From assembly GCF_028368995.1 (NCBI RefSeq), contig NZ_JAQNDL010000001.1, forward strand, positions 2,944,001-3,008,000: a stretch of DNA of 64,000 nucleotides, given 5' to 3'. A program made the translations under genes and the position numbers. A model generated the notes under the pieces. The model saw only the letters and a list, made by a program, of their open reading frames with translations. It was not told the DNA's origin and did no database searches. The stretch is from Nannocystis bainbridge (lineage in GTDB: Bacteria > Myxococcota_A > Polyangia > Nannocystales > Nannocystaceae). This document shows positions 33,409 to 42,950 of this stretch, one piece after another; the first letter of the stretch is position 1; each line of letters starts with the position of its first letter.

Positions 33409-36400
33409 GTGACCCACCGCCCCGCCGAGCCTGACCGCGCTCCATCCACGTCGCTCTCCTCGGTGATGCGCGCGGCTCGGGACCGACTGCTCGACCGGCT
33501 CGACGCGCTCCCGCATGCCGCGGACGAGCCGGCTCCGGCAGCGTGGCAGGAGCACGAGGAACGCTACCAGTTCGGCGCGCCGTTCGCGGCCGGCGGGCTT
33601 GGCGTAATCCGCAGGGCTTACGATCGGCGACTCCGACGCGTCGTCGCTGTGAAAGAGCTGCGCAGCGGCGATCCCGCGGCCGCGCGTCGGTTCGAGCTCG
33701 AGGCAGCGATCACCGCCCGCCTCGAGCACCCGGCGATCGTACCGCTCTACGACGTCGGCCGGTCGGCCGACGGCGAGCCCTACTACTGCATGAAGCTGGT
33801 CGACGGTGATTCGCTTGAGCAGTTGCTCGGCGAACAGACGACGCTGGCCGGTCGTCTCGTGCTGCTCGAGCACCTGCTCACGGTCGCCGACGCGATCGCC
33901 TACGCGCACGACCACGGGGTGATTCACCGCGATCTCAAGCCTTCCAATATCCTGGTAGGAGCGCATGGTGAGACGGTGGTGATCGACTGGGGGCTGGCCA
34001 AGGATACCCGCGGCGAGGTGTCAGCCGAGCTCGTCGCCTCGCAGCAGACCGAAGCGCCGGAGGACGCCACGCTGACCGACGCTGGCACCATCGTCGGCAC
34101 GCCTCGTTACATGCCGCCGGAGCAGGCCCGCGGCGAGAAGGTCGACGCCCGCAGCGACGTGTTCTCGCTCGGAGCGGTGCTTTTCCACCTGCTCGTCGGT
34201 CGCCCGCCCTTCGCCGGACTCGAGCGGCAAGCGGTGCTGCACCGCCTGGCCGACGACGCGCTCGAAGACCCCCGCCCGCTCGCCGCCGCCGCGCCGCTCG
34301 AGCTGTTGGCGGTCGTACAAAAGGCCATGTCTCCGCGGCCAGGCGACCGCTACCCGGGGGCGCAGGCGTTCGCGGCCGACCTCCGCCGCTTTCTCACCGG
34401 TCGGTTGGTCGACGCGCACCATTACCGGACCGACGAATTGCTGCGCCTGTGGCTGCGTCGCCATAGCGGCGCGGCGACGGTGGCCGCCCTGGCGCTGATC
34501 ACCCTGGCCGCGACGACGCTGATGTACTTACGAGCGGTCGGCGAGCAGCGTGACCGGGCCGAACTGGCGCGCGCGGAGTCCGAACGTCGAGCCACCGGCG
34601 CCGCACTCGCGCAGGCCCGCGCGGCGCTCGGCGAAGATCTGGTGGAGTCGCTCGCGCTGCTGCGACCCCTCGACCTGGCCGCGCCGGCCGACCTCCGCAG
34701 CGCGCGTCTGATCGCCCTTGCCGCCGCGGCGCGAGGCGCTCCCGATCGCGTGCTGCGCGGGCACGTGCGATCGGTCGGGCACCTGGCCGCGCTCGCAGAC
34801 GGCGGGCTGGTCAGCATCGACGGCGGCGGGGCGGTATGGCGATGGAACTTCGGGACAGGTTCCGGAAGACAGATCGTCGACCTCGCTTCGCACTCGGGGA
34901 CCGTGATCGCAGCCGCCGAGGCGCCGGTGTGGGCGGCGCTGGCCGACGAGCGTGCGCTGGTGTTTCGCGGTGACGAGCCGCCGGAGCCGATCGAGCTCGC
35001 GCCGCTCGGGCAGATCAACTTCTCGAACCGGACGCACCGTTGGGAGCTTTCGCGCGGCGGCGAGACGCTGGCGGCCCTGCAGACCATCAACCGCGTCGAG
35101 GGGCGAGAGTTCGCGTCGGCATATCTGTGGGACCTGCGGCAGCAGCCCGCGCGTCGGGTCGAGCCGGCGCTCGCGGGCGTGTACGACGTGGTGATGAGCC
35201 CCGACGGGCAGACTCTAGCGCTCTTTGACCTCCTGCACGGTTCGCTGCTCCAGCGCGACGGTGCCACCACGCTGCTGCCCGAGCTCGGCGGCTGGCGGCG
35301 GTTCTCGCCGAAAGGCGACCTCCTGGTCGGCAGCAGCGGCTCGCTCGACCTCGCCTCCGGAACGCGCCGGGAGCACGAGGGCAGGCTGCTCGCGGTCACG
35401 CCTGACGACCGCGCCCTCGTGTTGCGGCCGTCCGGACGGACATGGGCCTCGCCGGAGGATCAGCGGCTCGCCCTGATCGACCTGCGGACCGGCACCGAAG
35501 TTTGGGAGACCGACTTGCAACCATCGCGCGAGCTCCGTGGTTCGCTGTGGGAACAGGGTGGCGGTCTCGTGACCACCCCGCGCGGTGATCGCTTCGCGCT
35601 GCGGTACCAACACAACTGGATCCTGGGGTCGATGACGACCGGCAAGGTGCTGCGGATCCTCGAGGTCGGCGACGCCACGCGCGCGACGTTCCTCGCCGAC
35701 GGCAGCTTCGTCGCGGTCCACCATCACGACTTGTGGCTGTGGGATCCCGAGCCATTGTCTGGACCGATAGGCAGCACGTGGATCGCCGCCGCGCCCGATG
35801 GTCAGCACATATTGGTGACAGCGAGGGACGACGAACCCCTGCACGTCCTCGCTCGCGCCGACGCGAGCACCCGACCGCTCGGTTGCCCGGTCGACCCCGA
35901 GGCATGGAAGCGCCGCGCCTGGTTGACTGCCGTCGTGCTCGATGAGCGCGGACGCGTGCTGGCGCGGACCGCCGAGGGCGGGGCGTGCCTGCAGGACGAG
36001 ACTGGCGCCACGCGCACCCTCGCGGTCGACGGCACGATCACGACGGTCGCTCTGTCGCGGCGCAGCGAAAGTTTCGCCGTCGGGCTCGAGGATGGGCGCG
36101 TCCTCCTCTACGGCCGTGCCGACGCCCCGCTGTCGCAATGGCAGCTCGTGGGGCCGCTGGAGCGGCTGTGGGCGCTGACGGGCGGCGCGGACCTCATCGC
36201 TGCGACCCGCGAGGGCCAGGTGTTCGCGCTGCGTTCAGGGCTGGCCGCGCCGCTGTCGCTGGGCACCCTGCGCGAGCCGCAGGAAGTCAGTGCGATCGCC
36301 GTCGCGTCGCACCCGACCAGCGCGACCGCGGTGCTCGGGCTACCGCGCGCCGATCGACTGCTGTTCTACGCCGGCGGCGAGATCACGTCCCGCCCGGCCG

Positions 36401-36822
36401 TCCTTCTGAAGCCGAACCTCGCGTACAGCCCGAGCGGCGCCCGGGCGGCGATCACCCTGGCCGACCGCCGCCTGCTGGTCGTGACCGGCGCGGACGATCC
36501 GGGCCGCGAGATCGCCCTGCCGGAAGGTCACGACATCGACCCGTGGCCGGCGAGGCTCTCCGGGACTCGCGCGCTGCAATTCGTCGACGAGGACACGATC
36601 GAGGCGTTCAGCGACTCGTCGTGGCGGGTCCGGGTCGACCTCGAGCTCGGCGAGGCCTTCGTGATCGAGCACGAGACCTCGCTCGGCTCGCTCGGCCTCG
36701 GGCTGCGAGCGCCCGATGCTGCCGAGCTGTTGCGCGAGCTAGGTGCCCGTTATGAAGTGATCGACCCTGTCCCGAGGGACAGGCTTGAATTCGCGGCGTG
36801 GCTCGCCGCGCGTACCCGCTGA
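33409..36822 (+). CDS. Ser/Thr protein kinase with TM segment and WD40-like propeller
   Basis: AGGLG, VAVK, HRDLKPSN, DWGLAK, GTPRYMPPEQ; LRGH and SPDG repeats; start uncertain. Confidence 0.88.
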   Translation: MTHRPAEPDRAPSTSLSSVMRAARDRLLDRLDALPHAADEPAPAAWQEHEERYQFGAPFAAGGLGVIRRAYDRRLRRVVAVKELRSGDPAAARRFELEAAITARLEHPAIVPLYDVGRSADGEPYYCMKLVDGDSLEQLLGEQTTLAGRLVLLEHLLTVADAIAYAHDHGVIHRDLKPSNILVGAHGETVVIDWGLAKDTRGEVSAELVASQQTEAPEDATLTDAGTIVGTPRYMPPEQARGEKVDARSDVFSLGAVLFHLLVGRPPFAGLERQAVLHRLADDALEDPRPLAAAAPLELLAVVQKAMSPRPGDRYPGAQAFAADLRRFLTGRLVDAHHYRTDELLRLWLRRHSGAATVAALALITLAATTLMYLRAVGEQRDRAELARAESERRATGAALAQARAALGEDLVESLALLRPLDLAAPADLRSARLIALAAAARGAPDRVLRGHVRSVGHLAALADGGLVSIDGGGAVWRWNFGTGSGRQIVDLASHSGTVIAAAEAPVWAALADERALVFRGDEPPEPIELAPLGQINFSNRTHRWELSRGGETLAALQTINRVEGREFASAYLWDLRQQPARRVEPALAGVYDVVMSPDGQTLALFDLLHGSLLQRDGATTLLPELGGWRRFSPKGDLLVGSSGSLDLASGTRREHEGRLLAVTPDDRALVLRPSGRTWASPEDQRLALIDLRTGTEVWETDLQPSRELRGSLWEQGGGLVTTPRGDRFALRYQHNWILGSMTTGKVLRILEVGDATRATFLADGSFVAVHHHDLWLWDPEPLSGPIGSTWIAAAPDGQHILVTARDDEPLHVLARADASTRPLGCPVDPEAWKRRAWLTAVVLDERGRVLARTAEGGACLQDETGATRTLAVDGTITTVALSRRSESFAVGLEDGRVLLYGRADAPLSQWQLVGPLERLWALTGGADLIAATREGQVFALRSGLAAPLSLGTLREPQEVSAIAVASHPTSATAVLGLPRADRLLFYAGGEITSRPAVLLKPNLAYSPSGARAAITLADRRLLVVTGADDPGREIALPEGHDIDPWPARLSGTRALQFVDEDTIEAFSDSSWRVRVDLELGEAFVIEHETSLGSLGLGLRAPDAAELLRELGARYEVIDPVPRDRLEFAAWLAARTR

Positions 36823-36910
36823 GATCGAGCTCCTCGACAGCGCACGTGCGACCGCCAAGTCGCGCGCGGGCAGCCGTGGGCCGAGCGAGGATGAAAAGGA
36901 GTTGAATGAC

Positions 36911-38281
36911 ATGCAGCGAATGAATGGAGCATTGATGGTGTGGCTCATATCGGCGTGCGTCGATCGACCGATCGATCAGACCACGGAGACAGGCTCTTCA
37001 GGACAGGGCGGTTCGTCGAGCACGACGCACTCGACCGGTACGGGCGATCCACCGGTGCCGACGACCGGCGAGACGCCGCCTGTCGATCCGACGACCTCGA
37101 GCTCGGGCGAACCGCTCACGAGCTCGTCCACCGGCGACCCAGAACCGGCCTGCGGCGACGGTCACACGGACGCAGGGGAGATCTGCGACGACGGCAACGC
37201 GGTCGACGGCGACGGCTGCAACGTCGACTGCGACATCTCGGGACGACTCTTGTGGGAGCGGTTGTCGGGCGCGACCGGGCGCGACACCTACCACGACGTG
37301 GCCGCGCTCGCTGACGGCCGGATCTTCCTCGGTGGCGCCGTGCATCCGGCGGGCGGTACGCAAGATCGCTGGCTGCTCGGCCTCGACGCTTCGGGGACGC
37401 CGCAGTGGGAGCGCCGCCTCGACGCCGGCGACGCGATCGAGCGGATCCTGGCGGTCGCCGCCGACGAGGACGGAGTATACGCAGCCGGCTCGTTCACCGA
37501 CGACGACGGCCACGACCTGTGGATCGGCCGCTTCACGCTCGAGGGCGGGGCTCTGTGGGAAGCGACGGTTAGCTCGGGCTTCGGCCCCGATCACGCGAGC
37601 GACCTGACACTGCTGCCGTCTGGCGGCGTGATCGCGGCCGGTCTCCTCGCCACTGACGAAGGGCCGTCGCTGTGGCTGCGCAGCTACTCGCCAGCGGGGC
37701 AAGTGCAGTGGACGCAGACCCTGACGCCCACGTCGACCGTCGAATACCCGCTCGGGCCAGGCCTTGTGGCCTCTCACGAGCAGATCGTCGCCGGCTTCGG
37801 CGACGCCGACGGCACTGCCCTCTTGATCGGCGCGTCACTCGTCGACGGCAAGCCCTCGTGGGTGCACACCGCGGCGAGCAATACCGCGATCTTCGGCGTC
37901 GCGCTCCTGGCCGACAGTGACGTCGCCACGACCGGCCGCCGGCTCGGCGAGGAGCTGTTCGTCGGTCGCCACGTCGTCGGCGGGGCGCAGACGTGGACCT
38001 CCAGCGCTTGTCTCGGATCGATGGGCCACGCGGTCGCCGTCGACGCACACGACGACATCGTGGTCGTCGGCGTCACCCACGCCGAACCAGACCGCGATGT
38101 GCGGCTCTGCAAGTTCTCGTCAGTCGGCGAACTCCGGTGGTCGCAAGCGATCGCAAGCGCGTTCGGCGACGACTCCGGGCACGCGCTGACGATCGTCGAG
38201 GGCGAGCAGATCCTCGTCGCTGGCGAGCGCGACATCGGCGGCGGACAGACCGACGGCTGGCTGGCTATGTTCGCGCCGTGA
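36911..38281 (+). CDS. Lipoprotein with myxobacterial Cys-rich repeat (DUF4215-like) and beta-propeller
   Basis: LISAC lipobox; CGDGHTDAGEICDDGNAVDGDGC; Trp-containing blade repeats. Confidence 0.8.
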   Translation: MQRMNGALMVWLISACVDRPIDQTTETGSSGQGGSSSTTHSTGTGDPPVPTTGETPPVDPTTSSSGEPLTSSSTGDPEPACGDGHTDAGEICDDGNAVDGDGCNVDCDISGRLLWERLSGATGRDTYHDVAALADGRIFLGGAVHPAGGTQDRWLLGLDASGTPQWERRLDAGDAIERILAVAADEDGVYAAGSFTDDDGHDLWIGRFTLEGGALWEATVSSGFGPDHASDLTLLPSGGVIAAGLLATDEGPSLWLRSYSPAGQVQWTQTLTPTSTVEYPLGPGLVASHEQIVAGFGDADGTALLIGASLVDGKPSWVHTAASNTAIFGVALLADSDVATTGRRLGEELFVGRHVVGGAQTWTSSACLGSMGHAVAVDAHDDIVVVGVTHAEPDRDVRLCKFSSVGELRWSQAIASAFGDDSGHALTIVEGEQILVAGERDIGGGQTDGWLAMFAP

Positions 38282-38298
38282 CGACTCGCCGAATGCAC

Positions 38299-38392
38299 CG
38301 AAGGACATGCTCCAAGGAGCATGTCCTTCGCGCCAGGCCCCGTGACAGCCCGCGAAACGCGAAAAGGGACATGCCCCAAAGAGCATGTCCCT
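38299..38392. repeat. Two 14-bp-phased CATG palindromes between convergent genes
   Basis: CGAAGGACATGCTCC-AA-GGAGCATGTCCTTCG (cores 38306, 38320); second pair at 38370, 38384. Confidence 0.9.
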
Positions 38393-38412
38393 CACCTCAG
38401 GCGCCGGGTGCT

Positions 38413-39864
38413 TCAGCGGATGAAGCCGTTCTCGTCGCGGCGGCGCAGGAACGCCGGGATCTCGCTCGGGTCGCTGCCGACGGCCGGGGGCTCGAGGCGC
38501 TGCGACTGGCGCAGGCCCTGCTGCTGCTGCGGGTGCACCGGCTGCTGCTGCTGCGGGTGAACCTGCTGCTGCGGGTGCACCTGCTGCTGCGGGTGCGCCT
38601 GCGGGGCGCTCGGCTGGCCGATCACGCCCGAGCGGCTCATGCTCGACGAGCTGGCCGAAGGGACAGGCACCGAGGTGGCGCGCTCGTGGATGCCGAGGCG
38701 GTCGGCCATCGACTGGCGCAGGCTGCTGGAGCTCTGCTGCGGCTGCGGCGCAGGCTGCTGCTGGACGGCCGCGAACATCGGGTTCTGCTGCAGGGGCTGC
38801 GCGCTCGGCATGCCGAACGGGACCTGGACCTGCGAGCGCCGCTTGCCCGGCGGGCTGGTCATGGTCGAGCGGATGACCTGCTCGAGCTCGTCCTCGGCCG
38901 GCGCGTGGCGGTCGAAGCCGGTGGCGATGACGGTGATGCGCAGCGCGTCGCCCATGTTGTGGTCGATGACGGCGCCGAAGATGATGTTGCAGTCCTCGTG
39001 GGCGGCCTCTTGAATGAGAGAGGCGGCCTCCTCGACCTCGTGGAGCTTGAGGTCGGGACCGGCGGTGATGTTGATGAGGATGCCCTGGGCGCCGTGGATC
39101 GTGACGTCCTCGAGCAGCGGCGAGCTGATCGCCTGCTGGGCGGCCGCGAGGGCGCGACCCTCGTCGTGGCCGATGCCCATGCCCATCAGCGCGCGGCCCT
39201 GGCCGGACATGATGGTGCGCACGTCGGCGAAGTCGACGTTGATGATGCCCGGCACGGTGATGAGGTCCGACACGCCCTGGGTGGCGTGCTGCAGCACCTC
39301 GTCGGCCAGACGGAAGCTGTCGAGCAGGCTGGTGTTCGAGCTGGTGACCTGCAGCAGGCGGTCGTTCGGGATCGTGATGAGGGTGTCGACGGCCTGCTCG
39401 AGCTTGTCGATGCCGGCGTCGGCGAACCGCAGGCGGCGCTTGCCCTCGAAGCGGAACGGCTTGGTGACGACGCCGACGGTCAGCGCGCCCATCTCACGGG
39501 CGATCTGCGCGATGATCGGCGCAGCTCCGGTGCCGGTCCCGCCGCCCATGCCCGCCGTCACGAACACCATGTCGGCGCCTCGCAGCGCCTCGGCGATCTC
39601 TTCGACGCTCTCGAGCGCGGCCTCGCGGCCCTTCTCCGGGTTGGCGCCCGCCCCGAGCCCGCGCGTGACGTCCTTGCCGAGCTGGATCACGGTCGGGGCC
39701 ATGCTCTTCTCGAGCGCCTGCACGTCGGTGTTCGCCGTGTAGAACTCGACGCCCTCGACCTTGTTCGTGATCATCGTGTTGACGGCGTTGCCTCCTGCCC
39801 CGCCGACGCCGATGACCTTGATCTTCGCCTGTTGAACGATTTCCTCGAGTTCGAACTGCGCCAT
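38413..39864 (-). CDS. ftsZ: Cell division protein FtsZ
   Basis: [28 protein letters not shown]-terminal EIPAFLRR; long Gln-rich linker. Confidence 0.97.
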   Translation of the reverse strand: MAQFELEEIVQQAKIKVIGVGGAGGNAVNTMITNKVEGVEFYTANTDVQALEKSMAPTVIQLGKDVTRGLGAGANPEKGREAALESVEEIAEALRGADMVFVTAGMGGGTGTGAAPIIAQIAREMGALTVGVVTKPFRFEGKRRLRFADAGIDKLEQAVDTLITIPNDRLLQVTSSNTSLLDSFRLADEVLQHATQGVSDLITVPGIINVDFADVRTIMSGQGRALMGMGIGHDEGRALAAAQQAISSPLLEDVTIHGAQGILINITAGPDLKLHEVEEAASLIQEAAHEDCNIIFGAVIDHNMGDALRITVIATGFDRHAPAEDELEQVIRSTMTSPPGKRRSQVQVPFGMPSAQPLQQNPMFAAVQQQPAPQPQQSSSSLRQSMADRLGIHERATSVPVPSASSSSMSRSGVIGQPSAPQAHPQQQVHPQQQVHPQQQQPVHPQQQQGLRQSQRLEPPAVGSDPSEIPAFLRRRDENGFIR

Positions 39865-40181
39865 ACTGCCTGCCCACTTTCCCGCCAGCCTGCTGGCCTG
39901 ACGGTCATGTGCTTCGCTTCGCACTACGCAGTTATCCGAGCCGATCGCTCATTGCAAAAAATTTGTGTTCTTCACGAGGGCATGTAGTCGGGTGTAGGTC
40001 CGACTCACACTCTCGCAAACCGGGCCCTGGCAGCCGAGCGGCGGCGAATCCACGGCGACGATCCTCCCGCAGGGCGTACGGCCACCCTCGCGGGTCCGCG
40101 GCCGGTATGTCTCATGGGACAGGTTTTCCCTTCGAATCGTGCAGCCGGGCCCGCCGCCCGCGTGCCCGGCTCGAGGCCCTC

Positions 40182-40724
40182 GATCACATCGGATCGTCGC
40201 GGATCGTTTTTCAGGGAGATCGGACGCGCCCCCCGCTCGCGACCGACGAAGTCGGCTGTCCTCGCGGACAGGACCGGTGCTCAGGCTTTCAGGTCCCGAT
40301 CACAGCACTCCGATCGATCGGCCAGGGCCGGGAGCGCAGCAGGCGCGACGACCATGCCCGAGCCCGATCGACGGAGCAAATTTCGGGCCTGAAGACCCCG
40401 ATCCGCCAAATTGTCGCGGTCCGGCGATCCACACATGCGGATCGGGGCACCAGTCCCCGGGGACAGCTCGGCGATTGGCCGCGAAGGCCCGGAAAGCGCC
40501 CCTGAGGGCCACCAGGAGCCCGTTGCGCGTCGATTCGGGAGGGCCCAGAGGCCGCAGGCCGACCAGGCGGTCTCCGCGAGCGATCGGCGATGGGCCGGGA
40601 GAGCGATCGATGATTCGCCCGCGTGCGGCGGAGGACCGATCGGCGAATGGCCCGGGCGCCCGCGATCGGTCCCGAAGGACAGATCGGCGATTGGCGGGCA
40701 CGCGGCCGCTGCCCGATCGGCGAT
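40182..40724. other. GATC-dense non-coding tract upstream of ftsZ
   Basis: 17 GATC counted in about 540 bp; GATCGGCGA repeated four times. Confidence 0.7.
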
Positions 40725-40742
40725 TCGCGCCGCGGCCACGAA

Positions 40743-41594
40743 TCAGCGCAGGGCAGCCCGCATGGCGGCGACGACTTCGGGAGCGAGCGAGCGGCCGAGC
40801 CACAGCGCCTCGGCGAACACGCCCTGCCACAGCAACATCTCGAGGCCGTCCTGGACCCGGGCGCCGGCCGCCTCGGCGCGGTCGAGCAGGCCGCCCGCCG
40901 GCCGCGGGTAGACGATGTCGACGACGCGAGCGCCAGGGGCGAGACCGGCGACCAGGGCGGTCGCGGGCGCCGGGTAGTCGGTCGGGCCGTGGGCCATGCC
41001 GACGGTGGTGCAGTTGACGAGGAGGTCGACCGCCGCGCCGCCGCCGATGGCGTCCCAGCCGACGGCGACGACAGGCCCGCCCGCCGGCAGACCGGCCGCC
41101 AGCGCGGCAGGATCGCGGCTGACCCATCGGACATGTCCTCCGGGACCGAGCAGCTCGCCGGCGATGGCGTCGACGACGGCCCGCGCGGCGCCACCTGACC
41201 CGAGGACCATGGCCTGCTGGACATGTCCCGAAGACATCTCGCGGACGGCGGCCGCGAAGCCGCGCCCGTCGGTGTTGTGGCCGACGATCGCGCCGCCTGT
41301 GAAGACGAGGGTGTTGACGGCGCCGATCCGCCGCGCCTCGGGGCCGAGGCGGTCGCACAGGGCCAGGGCGGCCTGCTTGTGCGGGACCGTGAGGTTGAGC
41401 CCGCCGAAGCCGAGCGCCCGGGCGCCGTTCACGGCCTCGGCCAGGCGCTCGGGCGCGACGTGAAAGGCGAGGTAGCGGTGCGGCAGGCCGAGCGCCGCGA
41501 ACGCGGCGGCGTGCATGGCCGGCGAGCGCGAGTGCGCGACCGGATCGCCGAGCACGCCGAAGCACTTCGTTAGCTCACCGCCGTCGGTCGTCAT
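40743..41594 (-). CDS. aroE: Shikimate dehydrogenase
   Basis: GDPVAHSRSPAMH, NLTVPHK, GAVNT, HNTDG, GSGGAARA, DIVY. Confidence 0.94.
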   Translation of the reverse strand: MTTDGGELTKCFGVLGDPVAHSRSPAMHAAAFAALGLPHRYLAFHVAPERLAEAVNGARALGFGGLNLTVPHKQAALALCDRLGPEARRIGAVNTLVFTGGAIVGHNTDGRGFAAAVREMSSGHVQQAMVLGSGGAARAVVDAIAGELLGPGGHVRWVSRDPAALAAGLPAGGPVVAVGWDAIGGGAAVDLLVNCTTVGMAHGPTDYPAPATALVAGLAPGARVVDIVYPRPAGGLLDRAEAAGARVQDGLEMLLWQGVFAEALWLGRSLAPEVVAAMRAALR

Positions 41595-41706
41595 CACCGC
41601 GCAGGATACCGCGAACGCACGCGACCGGCCGCCGCTGCGCGGACGCTCGCAAGGGACGCCACGCCCCTCGCGGCGCTCGCGCCCGCAGCATCCTGTAGGA
41701 TGACGC

Positions 41707-42432
41707 ATGAGCACGATCCGGGTCACCTTCGTCGACGCCGCCGACAACTCCGTGTTCGGGGAGGCCGACGTGCCGGCGGAGCACCTGCCGGAGTCGTTCA
41801 CCACGGCGACGACGATGCGCCTGGGCGACGGCGAGTGGCAGGTGGAGCAGGCCGACCCGGCCGAGCGCCACGAGTTCTTGGCCAGCGGCCGGCTGCGGCT
41901 GGTGTTGCACGAGATCCAGTGGGTCGACCCCAAGACGATCCTGTTCACCCTGCCGACGCTCGAGGACACGATGCCGCGGCTGCTCGACGAGCCGGCCGAC
42001 GGCTTCAGCATGCACGAGGACGACTGGCGCCAGCGCGAGCTGGTGTCGATCGCGTTCATGCCGGAGATCGAGGCCGAGCTGGCGGCGATCCGGGCGGTGC
42101 TCGCGGCTCCCACGGGCGGCGGGTTCGCCAACCTGCACGTGCGCGAGCGGATCGCCGAACCTCTGCGCGATACGGGCCTCGTGCTGGCAGAATTGCAGCT
42201 CGCGTTCGGTCAGCCGCCGCGGCGCGACCTGGGACTCGGCGGCCTGCGCGTGGCCGACGGGTTCGTGTTCCTGCCCATGGAAGCGCCGGTCTACGGCCAC
42301 GAGCACGAGGGCCGGGTGGCGGCGCTCGGGATCGTCGACGAGCTGCCACCAGCGCTGGCCGAGCTGGCGCGGCGACGCGAGCTCGTGCTGGTCGACTGGT
42401 GCGCAGCGACGGTCACCGAGCCAGGCCAGTGA
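41707..42432 (+). CDS. Hypothetical protein (241 aa)
   Basis: Natural composition; HEDDWRQ motif. Confidence 0.75.
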   Translation: MSTIRVTFVDAADNSVFGEADVPAEHLPESFTTATTMRLGDGEWQVEQADPAERHEFLASGRLRLVLHEIQWVDPKTILFTLPTLEDTMPRLLDEPADGFSMHEDDWRQRELVSIAFMPEIEAELAAIRAVLAAPTGGGFANLHVRERIAEPLRDTGLVLAELQLAFGQPPRRDLGLGGLRVADGFVFLPMEAPVYGHEHEGRVAALGIVDELPPALAELARRRELVLVDWCAATVTEPGQ

Positions 42433-42551
42433 GGCGTGAGCCGTGAGGGCGCTGGCCCGCCCGGGCGCCTCCGCGATCGCGCATCCACGTGCCGCCTCGC
42501 GAGTCGTCCGCGGACATCACGATCAGCGTGACTGGCCACCTCGGCGTGGCC

Positions 42552-42646
42552 CGAACGAGCACGACGCGTCATCGTGACGCGCTGGCGATCGCGAACGAGC
42601 ACGACGCTTCATCGTGACGCGCTGGCGATCGCGAACGAGGACGACG
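42552..42646. repeat. 40-bp tandem repeat x2.4, intergenic
   Basis: cgaacgagcacgacgc(g/t)tcatcgtgacgcgctggcgatcg. Confidence 0.88.
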
Positions 42647-42687
42647 GCCGGCGGGCCACGTCCTCGTCCCCTCGTGGAAACCGCCGT

Positions 42688-42933
42688 TCAGCGCGAGCGG
42701 CCGCCGAGGCGCGGCGCGATCAGGTCCGCGATCTCGCCGCGCTTGGGGAAGCGCTGCAGCTGATCTTTGGAAAAAATCCGCTCGCCGTCGACGAGGATGT
42801 CGAACACGCCTCGATCGCCGCGGTGGATCTTGCACGCGATCTTGTCGCCGAAACGGGCCTGCAGGTCGGCCACCAGACCGGTGGCTTGGGGCATGTAGTT
42901 TCAGCGCACGCAGTAGTAGATGTCGATCTGCAT
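42688..42933 (-). CDS. SelW/SelT/Rdx-family selenoprotein (CxxU; in-frame UGA at 42903-42901)
   Basis: ATG CAG ATC GAC ATC TAC TAC TGC GTG CGC TGA AAC TAC ATG = MQIDIYYCVRUNYM; continues in frame into GVFDILVDGERIFSK...RFP, the Rdx signature. Confidence 0.88.
42869..42885 (-). promoter_or_regulatory. Putative bacterial SECIS hairpin
   Basis: GCCACC-GGTCT-GGTGGC; the loop starts 21 nt after the UGA and begins with GG. Confidence 0.7.
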
Positions 42934-42950
42934 GCGCCGATCCTAGCACG

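Noticed and set aside
39865-40742. Calling the GATC-rich region oriC
   Set aside because: No perfect DnaA boxes (only partial matches such as CGATCCACA) and no dnaA/dnaN/gidA nearby; kept only as an unexplained tract.
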